DNA of 64,000 bases from Smithellaceae bacterium (GCA_963667845.2 CAXXVL010000002.1:672001-736000); one strand, 5' to 3'; positions 19,643 through 29,774 are shown, numbered from the stretch's first letter. Notes: generated by a model from the letters alone, not told the origin. Translations and numbers: made by a program.

Positions 19643-21289
19643 TTATGACTTCCCGACGGATACGATTTCTATCAGTGATGGATCATACTCTTCCGGTTTC
19701 TCATATCCCAGGAGATTCAGGAGAGTCGCCGCAATATTGGACAGCCCTTTTTCCTGGAGATCCGCCATCCGGTATTCGCCGCGATAGAGGGGATCATAAA
19801 TAATAAAGGGGACCGGATTCAGGCTATGTGCTGTCTTGACTGATTTTGCGCCCTTTTTGTCGATCGTGAACATCTCATCCGCGTTTCCATGGTCCGCAGT
19901 GATGACGGCAATGCCTCCTATCTCTTTTACGACGTCCAGCAGTTCTCCAACGCATTGATCCGCTGTCTGGACCGCGACGATAGCAGCATCCATCATCCCT
20001 GTATGTCCGACCATATCCCCGTTCGGGAAGTTGAGCCTTCCGAATCTGTAATTGCCGGTCTTGAGAAGGCCGATAACCGTATCCGTTATCTCCTGGGCCT
20101 TCATCTTCGGGGCACGGTCAAACTCTATCCTGTCGGAAGGTATTTCCACATATTTTTCAATCGATTCATCGATATAACCGGAACGGTTGCCGTTCCAGAA
20201 GTAAGTAACATGGCCGAACTTCTGCGTCTCGGATACGGCAAAAGTTTTTACCTTTTCCGCACAAAGGTACTCGCTGATGACGCGATCGATGGCCGGGGGT
20301 TGCACAAGAAAATGGGGTGGTATATGGGCATCCCCGTCATACTCCATCATTCCCGCATAAAATATATCAGGAAGAGAGCCCCTGTCAAATTGGGTAAATT
20401 CCTTTTCGGAGAAGGCCCTTGATATCTCAATAGCGCGGTCGCCCCGGAAGTTGAAAAAGATAACTGCATCCCCGTCCTGGATCGTCCCGATGGGCGTCCC
20501 CGAGGCATCGGCTATGACAAATGCGGGCAGATACTGGTCAGTAGCTTTCGAGTCTTCTTCATAAAAGGTCCTCACTGCCTCAGAAGCAGACGGGAACTTC
20601 CTGCCCTTTCCCAGGACATGGGCCTCCCATCCCCTCTTAACAATATTCCAGTCGGAATTGTACCTGTCCATCGTTACCTTCATGCGTCCGCCGCCTGAAG
20701 CAATAGCGTAGTCAAGCCCTTTTTCTTCCGAAATCGTTTTCAGTTTTTCCTCTGTGGGAATAATGTAATCAAGCGCTGTCTTCTCCCCCACGTCCCTTCC
20801 ATCAAGAAGGGCATGGATCCTGACTCTTTTGAAATCGAGCTCTACGCACTTATCGATCATGGTGAACAGCTGCTCAATATGGGAATGGACGTTCCCGTCC
20901 GATAACAGCCCGATAAAATGGACCGTCCCTCCTCTTTGGGAACGCCTTACTATATTATCCCAGGCCTCGGACTGAAAGATTCTTCCGGTCGCGAGCGCCG
21001 CATTGACGAGACGCGCGCCCTGGTCAAAAACCCTGCCGGCTCCCATCGCGTTGTGTCCTACCTCGCTGTTTCCCATATCATCATCTGAGGGCAGTCCCAC
21101 GGCCTTACCGTGAGCCTTCAGTTGTGTGAATAGATCAGATTTAGACAATTGATCGAGGTTCGGTGTATTGGCCCTGTATACGGCATTCGAATCATCTGCC
21201 TTGCCTATTCCTATGCCGTCCATGATAATTAACAGCAAGGGCCCTTTTCTGCCATGAAAGGATTTTAGTTTATCGAGATGTAATGGCAT
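19643..21289 (-). CDS. gpmI: 2,3-bisphosphoglycerate-independent phosphoglycerate mutase
   Basis: MGNSEVGH, SDGNVHSH, DGRD, NFRGDR, DMVGHTG, TADHGN. Confidence 0.95.
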   Translation of the reverse strand: MPLHLDKLKSFHGRKGPLLLIIMDGIGIGKADDSNAVYRANTPNLDQLSKSDLFTQLKAHGKAVGLPSDDDMGNSEVGHNAMGAGRVFDQGARLVNAALATGRIFQSEAWDNIVRRSQRGGTVHFIGLLSDGNVHSHIEQLFTMIDKCVELDFKRVRIHALLDGRDVGEKTALDYIIPTEEKLKTISEEKGLDYAIASGGGRMKVTMDRYNSDWNIVKRGWEAHVLGKGRKFPSASEAVRTFYEEDSKATDQYLPAFVIADASGTPIGTIQDGDAVIFFNFRGDRAIEISRAFSEKEFTQFDRGSLPDIFYAGMMEYDGDAHIPPHFLVQPPAIDRVISEYLCAEKVKTFAVSETQKFGHVTYFWNGNRSGYIDESIEKYVEIPSDRIEFDRAPKMKAQEITDTVIGLLKTGNYRFGRLNFPNGDMVGHTGMMDAAIVAVQTADQCVGELLDVVKEIGGIAVITADHGNADEMFTIDKKGAKSVKTAHSLNPVPFIIYDPLYRGEYRMADLQEKGLSNIAATLLNLLGYEKPEEYDPSLIEIVSVGKS

Positions 21290-21315
21290 TGAACTACTCC
21301 TTCTGTTTAGCCTGA

Positions 21316-21434
21316 TAGACTGTAGACTGTTAGGCTATTAGGTCTGCTTTGTGGCCTCTGGCGTTATTCTTTTTCAGGATGACGGCGCTTCGCGCCGCAC
21401 CTCTTAACCTAACAGTCTACAGCCTAATAGTCTA
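21316..21434. repeat. Inverted arrays of 7-8 nt TAG(A/G)CT(G/A)(T) units around a central hairpin
   Basis: Left arm TAGACTG-TAGACTGT-TAGGCTAT-TAGG (21316-21342); right arm CCTAACAGTCTACAGCCTAATAGTCTA (21408-21434); inner CGGCGC-TTC-GCGCCG. Confidence 0.75.
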
Positions 21435-22214
21435 CTTACCTATAAAATTGGGTTTCCTCTTTTCCAGAAACGCCTTCATGCCTTCTTTTTGATCCTGCGT
21501 GCTGAAGCATTGAGAAATCGCGGAGAGTTCCAATTTGACACCACCTTCAAGCGACATATCAAAGCCGTAATTCATGGCGTTTTTGGCCATCTTGAGCGCA
21601 AAACCTGGAAGCGCTGCAAATTTTTTCGCCATTTTTCGCGCCTCTTCCAACAGATTGATCAGTGGTACCACTTTATTGACCAGCCCGATTTCATAGGCGC
21701 GTTGCGCGTTGATCTGACTGCCTGTTAAGATCAGTTCTTTGGCAATCCCCATTCCAACGAGCCTGGGCAAACGCTGAGTACCACCCCAGCCGGGAAGTAT
21801 GCCGATCAGAATTTCCGGTTGACCGAACATGGCATTTTCTGCGGCAAGCCGGATGTCACAGGCCAGGGCGATCTCCGTCCCGCCGCCCAGGGCAAAACCG
21901 TTGACCGCCGCAATAGAAGGTTTATTCATCGTCTCCAGAAAACGGAGTGTCTCTTGCCCCAGCTCCATCAGTTTCATGATATCCACCGGTGTCGCATTCT
22001 GCATTTGTGAAATGTCCGCACCCGCCACGAATGCCTTTTCGCCGGCGCCGGTAAGAATTAACGCCTTGACAGCATCATCCTGGTCGCAGGTTTTCAGCAC
22101 ATGAGCCAGCTCGCTCATGACGTCATAACTCATCGCATTCAAAACCTTGGGGCGATTGAATGTTATCTTCGCCACACCGTCTTCAATCTGGAAAAGTATG
22201 TGCTGGTAGTCCAT
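21432..22214 (-). CDS. crt: Enoyl-CoA hydratase (crotonase)
   Basis: NRPK.LNA, AFVAGADI, GGGTEIA and GQPEI (both catalytic Glu), PGWGGTQRL. Confidence 0.9.
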   Translation of the reverse strand: MDYQHILFQIEDGVAKITFNRPKVLNAMSYDVMSELAHVLKTCDQDDAVKALILTGAGEKAFVAGADISQMQNATPVDIMKLMELGQETLRFLETMNKPSIAAVNGFALGGGTEIALACDIRLAAENAMFGQPEILIGILPGWGGTQRLPRLVGMGIAKELILTGSQINAQRAYEIGLVNKVVPLINLLEEARKMAKKFAALPGFALKMAKNAMNYGFDMSLEGGVKLELSAISQCFSTQDQKEGMKAFLEKRKPNFIGK

Positions 22215-22303
22215 CGATGTTCACTCCTTTGAAAGTGAAAGAGCCCTTTCCTTGCAGATCGGGCTCTTCATTAGTTCAGATTATCAGTCCAGATGATGCC
22301 GCA

Positions 22304-24451
22304 TTAAACGGCGCAAGTATCAACAGGCGGTTTAACCTCTTCCTTGCCCATTGCCTTGACAACCAGCTCGGCCAGATCCCACGCTTGCATGGTCTCCGTC
22401 ATCTGTTGATCCTTGATGCCGTCGGACATCATGGTGAGACAGAATGGACAGCCCACTGCAATCGTGTCGGCCTTGACGGCGATCGCCTGCTTGGTGCGTG
22501 CATTGTTGATTCGCTCCCCGATATCTTCTTCCATCCACATTCTCGCGCCGCCCGCGCCGCAGCAGAAACTCTTGTCGAGATTGCGTTCCATTTCCACAAG
22601 CTCGAGGCCGGGAATGGCTTTCAAAATCTGACGCGGCTGGTCATAGATATTATTGTAGCGGCCGAGGAAGCAGGAATCGTGATAGACAAACGTGCCCGGC
22701 AAAGACTGGGTTAATTTGATCTTGCCGTCAGCAATCAGTTTAGCGATGATTTCGGTGTGGTGATACACTTCAAAATTGCCGCCGAAGTTCGGGTAATCTT
22801 TCTTCAAGCAGTTATAGCCGTGCGGGCAGATGGCGATGATTTTCTTCACACCATAGCCGTTCATGATGTCAATATTGGTTTGAGCCAGTGTTTGGAAAAG
22901 ATACTCATTACCGGCACGCATCGCGGAATCACCGCAGCAGCCTTCTTCATTGCCCAGAATACCGAAGCTGACACCGGCTTCCTGTAAAATCTTCGCAAAG
23001 GCGATGGATATTTTTTTGCCGCGGTCATCAAATGAACCGGAGCAACCCACGTAGAACAGATATTCCACACCGGGGTCTTCAGCAAGAGTCTTGACGCCCA
23101 GCTCTTTGGCCCAATCCCCACGCATGTGCGCACCGATGCCCCAGGGATTGGAGTTGTTTTCCATATTGCGGCAGGTCAACTGCAGTTCCGGAGCGAAGTC
23201 CGCTTCGGTCAAGACTTTGTAACGACGCATATCAATGATCTTTGGCACATGTTCAATCGACGCCGAACAATGCTCCATGCAGTACATACAGTTGGTGCAG
23301 GACCACAGTTCATGCAGGTCAATTACTTCACCGACCAGGGCTTTTCCTGTCGCTTCTTCGTCGGCTGCCGGGGCCGGAGCTTCGCCTTTAACGGCAGCCA
23401 GCTTCGCAGCCATCTTCGCCATCAGGGGATCCAGTGGAACTTTTTCCAGCCAGTGTGTTTTAATATCCTGAACAACTTTTTTCGGAGACAAGGGTTTACC
23501 GGTCAGATATGCCGGACAACCGTCCTGACAACGTCCGCAACGCGTGCAGGCGTCGGAATCAAAAATTTGTTTCCAGGTGAATTCCTCCAATTTGCCGACA
23601 CCAAAGGCTTCCGCATTTTCAAAATCACGGATCGGTTCAATGAAACCTGTCGGTTTGAATGTTTTGAGGAAATGGTTCGCCGGGGTTGTGATGATGTGCA
23701 TCAGCCGCGAATACGGAATATAGGCAATGAATCCTAACGCAAAGAAGACATGCACCCACCAGGATACTTTATGCAGAATTCTTGCAGTGTCATAATCGAC
23801 GCCCGTAAACGTGCGCGACAAGAGCCAACCGACAAAGGACCAGCCTTCCCAGGGAGGATTGGTCACGTAAATGCGCAAGCCTTCGATGACGAAGCCGGTA
23901 GCGATAATGCCGGCAATGAGCAGCAGAACAATGACGTCATCCGGAGTGTTGTCGATTTCACCTTTGTAACCCAGCCGATCCGGCTTTTTTACAAACCGCC
24001 GGTCGAGCGCGAGGGCAACACCGACCAGAACAAATAGTCCAAACAAATCCATTAAGAATGAAAAACCAAGATAAAAGTTGCCGCGCAGGAATGACCAGTT
24101 GAATAGCGGCTCGGTGACGTGAAATTCACCGGCGTCAAAAGCGGCTCCGAAAATCAAAACAAAAAAACCGAAAAAGATTAAGCCGTGCATGATTCCCGGA
24201 TAAGGATCTTTCAAGACTTTCTTCTGCAGGAAGACCTCTTGAAGAACCGTCTTGACTCTTTCCTTCATATTGTCCAGGCGCATCTCCGGTTTGCCCATGG
24301 CTTTCCACATGAGCCAGCGGCGATAGATGCCGTAAGCCATAATAGCCACGGCGACCGCAGTGAGCAAAAAGAGTATCGGCTCAAAATGCTGAGCGTTCCA
24401 AAAAATTTCCCGACCTTCGTTTCCTATTCCTATTGGGCTTGCGTGTTCCAT
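22304..24451 (-). CDS. Membrane-anchored heme b/FeS oxidoreductase (DUF224/HdrD-like; ETF:(methyl)menaquinone oxidoreductase, EMO)
   Basis: N-terminal TM region with His residues, two CxxCxxCxxxC motifs, two CCG domains; directly downstream of etfBA. Confidence 0.9.
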   Translation of the reverse strand: MEHASPIGIGNEGREIFWNAQHFEPILFLLTAVAVAIMAYGIYRRWLMWKAMGKPEMRLDNMKERVKTVLQEVFLQKKVLKDPYPGIMHGLIFFGFFVLIFGAAFDAGEFHVTEPLFNWSFLRGNFYLGFSFLMDLFGLFVLVGVALALDRRFVKKPDRLGYKGEIDNTPDDVIVLLLIAGIIATGFVIEGLRIYVTNPPWEGWSFVGWLLSRTFTGVDYDTARILHKVSWWVHVFFALGFIAYIPYSRLMHIITTPANHFLKTFKPTGFIEPIRDFENAEAFGVGKLEEFTWKQIFDSDACTRCGRCQDGCPAYLTGKPLSPKKVVQDIKTHWLEKVPLDPLMAKMAAKLAAVKGEAPAPAADEEATGKALVGEVIDLHELWSCTNCMYCMEHCSASIEHVPKIIDMRRYKVLTEADFAPELQLTCRNMENNSNPWGIGAHMRGDWAKELGVKTLAEDPGVEYLFYVGCSGSFDDRGKKISIAFAKILQEAGVSFGILGNEEGCCGDSAMRAGNEYLFQTLAQTNIDIMNGYGVKKIIAICPHGYNCLKKDYPNFGGNFEVYHHTEIIAKLIADGKIKLTQSLPGTFVYHDSCFLGRYNNIYDQPRQILKAIPGLELVEMERNLDKSFCCGAGGARMWMEEDIGERINNARTKQAIAVKADTIAVGCPFCLTMMSDGIKDQQMTETMQAWDLAELVVKAMGKEEVKPPVDTCAV

Positions 24452-24508
24452 TGATCCTCCGAAATATTGAGGGGTAATTGCTTTCTATAGTGTTCAGTTC
24501 AGTAAATA

Positions 24509-24544
24509 TGAGGTCTTTGCCTTTCGAAAAAGGCAAAGACCTCA
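24509..24544. terminator. Perfect 16-bp stem-loop between etfA and EMO
   Basis: TGAGGTCTTTGCCTTT-CGAA-AAAGGCAAAGACCTCA (UUCG loop on the coding strand); short U-tract. Confidence 0.6.
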
Positions 24545-24552
24545 GCGTTTAT

Positions 24553-25530
24553 TTATGCAACAAGTTTCTTGCAAACGGCTGTCAATTCGGGAACGACCTT
24601 GAACAGATCATCCACCACACCGTAATCCGCTTTCGTAAAGATGGGGGCTTCCGCATCTTTATTGATGGCGACGATGCACTTGGATGAGCTCATGCCGGCC
24701 AGATGCTGAATTGCTCCGGAAATACCGCAGGCAATGTACAGGTTCGGGGAAACGACCTTACCGGTCTGTCCGACCTGATCTTTCTGGGGACGCCAGCCGG
24801 CATCAACTGCCGCGCGGGACGCACCGACCGTTCCTTTAAGGACTTCGGCCAGTTCTTCCAGAATCGGGAATCCTTCGGGGCCTTTCATGCCGCGGCCACC
24901 GGAAACGATCACGTTGGCTTCCGTCAAATCGACTTTGCCGCTCGTGTCTTTCTGAACTTCCAGAATCTTGCTCTTGATGGAGGCTGCATCGACTGCCGCA
25001 TCCACCTTCACCACGGCGCCGGCTTTGGCATTTTCAGCCGCCGGAAACACGTTGGGACGCAGGGAGGCCATCGCCGGTGTCGAGCTGGTGACGATTTCGC
25101 CGAAGCACTTGCCTGCATACATGGGACGGATGGCGACAAATTTTCCACCATCAATCTTGACATCGGTACAATCCGTGGCAAGACCCGTGGCCAATTTTGC
25201 GGCCACGCGTGAAGACAGATCCTTACCCTGGACCGACGCGCCTAAAAGCAGGATCGCCGGATCATTTTCTTTAACCACTTTGGCAACCACAGCTGCATGC
25301 GCTTCGGTGATATAGGGTTCCATGGCGGCATTGTCGCCGACGAAAACTTTATCCACACCGTATTTGCCGAGCTCGGCGGCCAAACCTTCTATCCCTGCAC
25401 CAAGCAGAATGGCGCTGACTTCATCGCCGGTCTGGTCGGCAAGCTTGCGGGCTGTCGAGGCCAGTTCCAGGCTGATTTTCCTGAGCGCGCCGTCCCGCTG
25501 TTCTGCTACTATCATGACTCCTTTTGCCAT
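24553..25530 (-). CDS. etfA: Electron transfer flavoprotein alpha subunit
   Basis: VSGGRG, GASRAAVDAGW, QVGQTGK, GISGAIQH, AINKD. Confidence 0.97.
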   Translation of the reverse strand: MAKGVMIVAEQRDGALRKISLELASTARKLADQTGDEVSAILLGAGIEGLAAELGKYGVDKVFVGDNAAMEPYITEAHAAVVAKVVKENDPAILLLGASVQGKDLSSRVAAKLATGLATDCTDVKIDGGKFVAIRPMYAGKCFGEIVTSSTPAMASLRPNVFPAAENAKAGAVVKVDAAVDAASIKSKILEVQKDTSGKVDLTEANVIVSGGRGMKGPEGFPILEELAEVLKGTVGASRAAVDAGWRPQKDQVGQTGKVVSPNLYIACGISGAIQHLAGMSSSKCIVAINKDAEAPIFTKADYGVVDDLFKVVPELTAVCKKLVA

Positions 25531-25552
25531 TTTTCATTCCTCCGCTTCTTAA

Positions 25553-26323
25553 TTAAATAGCTTTTGCTTCTTCTCTGAGTAACCGGCCTAATTCCGCCGC
25601 CTTTTGCGCGGGCTCATCTCCGCAGATAATCTTTCCGGGAGGTCTGGCCGGAGGTGGAATGGTTTTGGCTACTTTGGCCTTCGCGTCGGTGGCAGTGCCA
25701 ACGGCGGCGGCATTTTTCACATCAACCGGTTTCTTCTTCGCTTTCATGATGCCGGGCAGCGAAGCGTAACGCGGTTCATTGAGACCCTTCTGGCATGTGA
25801 CAACGCAGGGCAGTGCTGTTTCAATCAGAAGCTGTGCGCCTTCAATGGGACGAATCACTTTGACTGAGGAACCGGCGAAATCCAGTTTGGTCACCAGAGT
25901 CAACTGCGGCAGCCCCAGGGCTTCAGCCAGCATGGAACCTACCTGTCCCGAGTCATCATCAATGGCGCGCTGTCCACAGAAGATAATGTCATGGGGCAGA
26001 GCTTTAATGACCGCGGCCAGAGCGTTGGCAACAACAAACGCATCGGCGTTGTCAAAAGCGGGATCACAGATGTGCACACCCTTATCCGCACCCATGGCCA
26101 GAGCCGTCCGGATGGTTTCCATCGCCCTTGCGGGACCGACGCAAACAACCGTGACATCGCCGCCATTCTTCTCTTTCAGCTTCAGTGCTTCTTCCACACC
26201 AAATTCATCATAGGGGTTCATGACCCACTTGATTTGGCCTTCCTCGATACCCGACCCGTCAGCTTTTACCTTGATCTGTGCTTCGGTGTCCGGCACTTGC
26301 TTCACGCATGCAATAATATTCAC
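25553..26323 (-). CDS. etfB: Electron transfer flavoprotein beta subunit
   Basis: CVKQVPDT, MNPYDE, ALAMGAD, G..AIDDD, NEPRY; GTG 26323 is better spaced from AGGAGG than TTG 26329. Confidence 0.97.
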   Translation of the reverse strand: MNIIACVKQVPDTEAQIKVKADGSGIEEGQIKWVMNPYDEFGVEEALKLKEKNGGDVTVVCVGPARAMETIRTALAMGADKGVHICDPAFDNADAFVVANALAAVIKALPHDIIFCGQRAIDDDSGQVGSMLAEALGLPQLTLVTKLDFAGSSVKVIRPIEGAQLLIETALPCVVTCQKGLNEPRYASLPGIMKAKKKPVDVKNAAAVGTATDAKAKVAKTIPPPARPPGKIICGDEPAQKAAELGRLLREEAKAI

Positions 26324-26404
26324 TGTCAAAAACCTCCTTCTCCTGCACGTCGCCGCAGATGGGTGATTCGTGCATTTAAAATTTTCTTCTTACCACTATT
26401 CTAT

Positions 26405-26440
26405 AAAAACGCCCGATTCTCTCGGAGAGAACCGGGCGTT
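26405..26440 (-). terminator. Intrinsic terminator-like hairpin after acs
   Basis: AACGCCCGGTTCTCT-CCG-AGAGAATCGGGCGTT followed by T-run on the minus strand. Confidence 0.7.
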
Positions 26441-26444
26441 CGTA

Positions 26445-28418
26445 CTACAGTCTGTTTTTGACGATGTCGTCAACCACCGACGGATCGGCCAAGGTGCTTG
26501 TATCACCCAGGTTGCTGATGTCGTTTGCGGCGACTTTCTTTAAAATTCTTCTCATGATCTTACCACTGCGGGTCTTGGGAAGACCATCGGCCCACTGAAT
26601 CTTATCGGGGGTCGCGATGGGTCCGATAACCACGCGGACATGAGCGATCAATTCTTTCTTCAGGGCGTCGGTTTTCTCGACGCCGGTCTTCAGGGTAACA
26701 TACGCGTAAATGCCCTGCCCTTTGATGTCATGCGGCATGCCGACAACGGCGGCTTCCGCGACGGCCTTATGAGCAACCAGTGCGCTTTCCACTTCGGCGG
26801 TGCCCATACGGTGACCGGACACGTTGATAACGTCGTCGATGCGGCCGGTGATCTGATAGTAACCGTCTTTGTCACGGCGGCAGCCGTCACCGGTTACATA
26901 GTAGCCGGGGAACTGTTCAAAGTAGGTTTCCTGGAAGCGCTTGGGATCGCCATAAACGCCTCTCATAATGCCGGGCCAGGGAACTTTGATGCACAGTGCG
27001 CCGCTGGCGACCGTCTCTTTGAATTCCTTGCCTTCGTCGTCGACCAGCACGGGCTGTACGCCGAAGAACGGCATTGTAGCCATACCGGGTTTAATGTCAA
27101 TTGCGCCGGGCAGCGGGGTAATCAGAATGCCGCCGGTTTCAGTCTGCCACCAGGTGTCCACGATCGGGCATTCGCCGCGGCCGATCAGGTTGTAATACCA
27201 GTTCCAGGCTTCGGGGTTGATCGGCTCACCGACAGTGCCGAGCGTCTGCAGGCTGGAGATGTCGCACTTCTTCACGAAATCGTCGCCTTCTTTAGCGATG
27301 GCGCGAATGGCGGTCGGAGCGGTGTAGAAAATGTTGACCTTATATTTTTCAACGACCTGCCAGAAACGGCTGTAGGTCGGATAGTTCGGAACGCCTTCAA
27401 ACATGACGGATGTTGCGCCATTGCACAGAGGCCCGTAAAGGATGTACGTGTGACCGGTGACCCAACCCAGGTCGGCGGTACACCAGTAAATGTCGCCTTC
27501 ATGATAATCGAAAACGATCTTATGGGTATAGGAGCCGTAAACCAGATAGCCGCCCGTGGTGTGCATAACGCCCTTGGGCTGTCCGGTGGAACCTGACGTG
27601 TAGAGGATGAACAGAGGATCTTCTGCATCCATCCATTCCGGTTCGCAAACGGCAGAGGCTTTGGCTACTTCTTCATGATACCATTTGTCGCGGCCGGCAA
27701 CCATATCGCACTTAATCTTATCGCCCACGCGGTTGACCACGATAACGCTTTTGATCGAGGGGCAGGACTTCAATGCCTCGTCAGCGGTAGCTTTCTGAGG
27801 AACGGCCTTGTTGCCACGGAAGGTACCGTCACAGACAACCAGCACCTTGGCTTCACCGTTGACAATTCTATCTCTGAGCGCATCGGCACTGAATCCGCCG
27901 AAAACGATACAATGAACGGCGCCAATCCGGGAACACGCCAAAGCCGCGATGCCCAGTTCGGGAACCATCGGCATATATAGACAAACGCGATCGCCCTTCT
28001 TCACGCCTTGAGCCTTCAACACATTGGCGAACTTGCAGACTTCTTCATAGAGCTGCTTATAGGTTATTGCTCTTTCTTCGCCTGGTTCGTTGCCTTCCCA
28101 CTGAATGGCAACTTGATTGCTGCGTTTTTCAAGGTGACGGTCGAGGCAGTTGTAAGAAACGTTGAGTTTTCCACCTTCAAAGAATTTTACGTAAATAGGA
28201 CCTTTTTTGATGTCAAAGTTGTAGTCCATCACTTTGTCCCATTTTTTGAACCAAGTGACCTGCTGTTCCGCAATTTCCGCCCAGAATTTGTCCGGTTCCT
28301 CTACGGAGCGCTTCCACATCTTGTCATAGGCTTCTCTGCCGCTGACCCAAGCTTTCTTTTTTGCCGCCTCCGGAATCGGATATATTTCCTTCAATTGAAC
28401 CTTCCCTGCATCCGCCAT
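26445..28418 (-). CDS. acs: Acetyl-CoA synthetase (AMP-forming)
   Basis: [47 protein letters not shown]. Confidence 0.97.
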   Translation of the reverse strand: MADAGKVQLKEIYPIPEAAKKKAWVSGREAYDKMWKRSVEEPDKFWAEIAEQQVTWFKKWDKVMDYNFDIKKGPIYVKFFEGGKLNVSYNCLDRHLEKRSNQVAIQWEGNEPGEERAITYKQLYEEVCKFANVLKAQGVKKGDRVCLYMPMVPELGIAALACSRIGAVHCIVFGGFSADALRDRIVNGEAKVLVVCDGTFRGNKAVPQKATADEALKSCPSIKSVIVVNRVGDKIKCDMVAGRDKWYHEEVAKASAVCEPEWMDAEDPLFILYTSGSTGQPKGVMHTTGGYLVYGSYTHKIVFDYHEGDIYWCTADLGWVTGHTYILYGPLCNGATSVMFEGVPNYPTYSRFWQVVEKYKVNIFYTAPTAIRAIAKEGDDFVKKCDISSLQTLGTVGEPINPEAWNWYYNLIGRGECPIVDTWWQTETGGILITPLPGAIDIKPGMATMPFFGVQPVLVDDEGKEFKETVASGALCIKVPWPGIMRGVYGDPKRFQETYFEQFPGYYVTGDGCRRDKDGYYQITGRIDDVINVSGHRMGTAEVESALVAHKAVAEAAVVGMPHDIKGQGIYAYVTLKTGVEKTDALKKELIAHVRVVIGPIATPDKIQWADGLPKTRSGKIMRRILKKVAANDISNLGDTSTLADPSVVDDIVKNRL

Positions 28419-28610
28419 GTTAGATATTCCTCCTAGTTTTAAATTTTAGTATTTTCAAACGTTTACTCAACGTTTCGCCATAAAAAATAACTTTTCATTT
28501 AACTTCAAGGAAACTTATCGCCATATTAACTTAAAAAACACCGCCTTTTTGCAATTCTGCAGAATCGGACCGACGCTTTAAAATGCCATGAATGAACCGG
28601 AATTAAGCTT

Positions 28611-28748
28611 GCAAACACGAGTGCTTCGGGCACGCTTAAGGTGCGCAGTGAGAGAGGTGACTCACTGGAGTTGAGGTGTGCACTGCCATCTGTGAACACA
28701 TAAAATTAATTTACCTTAAGCCGCGAAGCGCCTGGAAAGCTCGCCTGC
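28611..28748 (-). ncRNA. Candidate structured cis-regulatory RNA in the acs leader (unassigned family)
   Basis: Nested stems found by eye: GCTTAAGGT/ACCTTAAGC, CAGTGAG/CTCACTG, GTGTTCAC/GTGCACAC, and a closing stem with G-U pairs on the minus strand. Confidence 0.4.
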
Positions 28749-28861
28749 GTCACTTTTTTTATTAAAGAATTAACAACTTGCCCCTGGTGCTCTGCTTTTT
28801 GAAGGGGCGCCACTTCTGCAAGATGCCTAAAGTGTTGAATCTAACTGATTTATAAACATGA

Positions 28862-28929
28862 GGTCAAAATTTGACCGCAAGTCAAAATATTCTGGGGATT
28901 CCCCTACCTTAATACGACCCGCGTGTCAA
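28862..28929 (-). promoter_or_regulatory. Putative acs promoter with downstream palindromic operator
   Basis: Minus-strand TTGACA (28929-28924)-N17-TAGGGG (weak -10); GGTCAAA-A-TTTGACC and TTTGAC-N5-GTCAAA at 28862-28886. Confidence 0.35.
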
Positions 28930-29744
28930 GAAATATTTAGAACTGAAAGTGTCCACGAAAAGACGTCGCCTTTCTGAAAATTAATTTATTTAAAAAATAA
29001 ACAATATTGAAGCAATACGTAAAAGAGCGGCAGACAGAACGACGTCACGAATCCTGGTTGAATACCTTCAAGACTCTAGTCACGATGCAACAATCTTGAT
29101 GTTGTCAATAAGTCATCAAATGGCTTTAGAGAGACGGGGTAAATGACACTTTTCGGTATCGATGAGATATTTCACGTAGGCTTGCTTCTGGCTTTTTTTC
29201 AAAAATGCTTGTGGCTGCATTTATGACATCGCTAGCATCATCGGAACCCATCTAGACTGACGCAGATAGATGTCGCGGTTAATGCGTTCAATCTGAAATG
29301 AAGTTGAAGAAGCGATGCCGCCCATGGACCTGCAGAGAAATATGAACAATTTTCTGGTACGATTTCGTGATGAATTTCTTGATCTGCGACCTCTTTTGTT
29401 CATCAGAGATGAGGGATAGTCACATCGCAGAGCGGTTTCGAGTCCACCCCGAATACATAGGCGAATTCACTACCGCTAGCACTGATCTTTGCCGGGAGGC
29501 CCCTGCAAAAAGCTCTCTTGAAAAATGGTTGTATACGCATTCAGGGTCATCTGGATATGATTTTTTATGAACAAAATAGTATGTTTACGATTTATCTTGA
29601 TATTGCGTCGCCCTCAACGCGATCAAATATGATTCATCCCTTATTTGCATGCTCCGGTCCCGATCTTGAGCCCTGTGCAAAATTTGGAGGATAATGAAAG
29701 CTGCCCAAGACGCGTGATTACCCACTCCGGCATAAAAATGCTTC

Positions 29745-29774
29745 TTGACTAATGTCGGGTATTATGACCATAGT
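29745..29774 (+). promoter_or_regulatory. Putative sigma70 promoter for the RRM gene leader
   Basis: TTGACT-N18-CATAGT. Confidence 0.4.

Noticed and set aside
26640..27596. Long antisense ORFs (e.g. 26640-27596, 924-1676, 40263-41132, 45529-46227)
   Set aside because: Shadows of well-supported genes on the opposite strand, with no recognisable motifs
28862..28890. c-di-GMP riboswitch or FNR box
   Set aside because: Lacks the two-stem GEMM layout; half-sites are TTGAC with N5 spacing rather than TTGAT-N4-ATCAA
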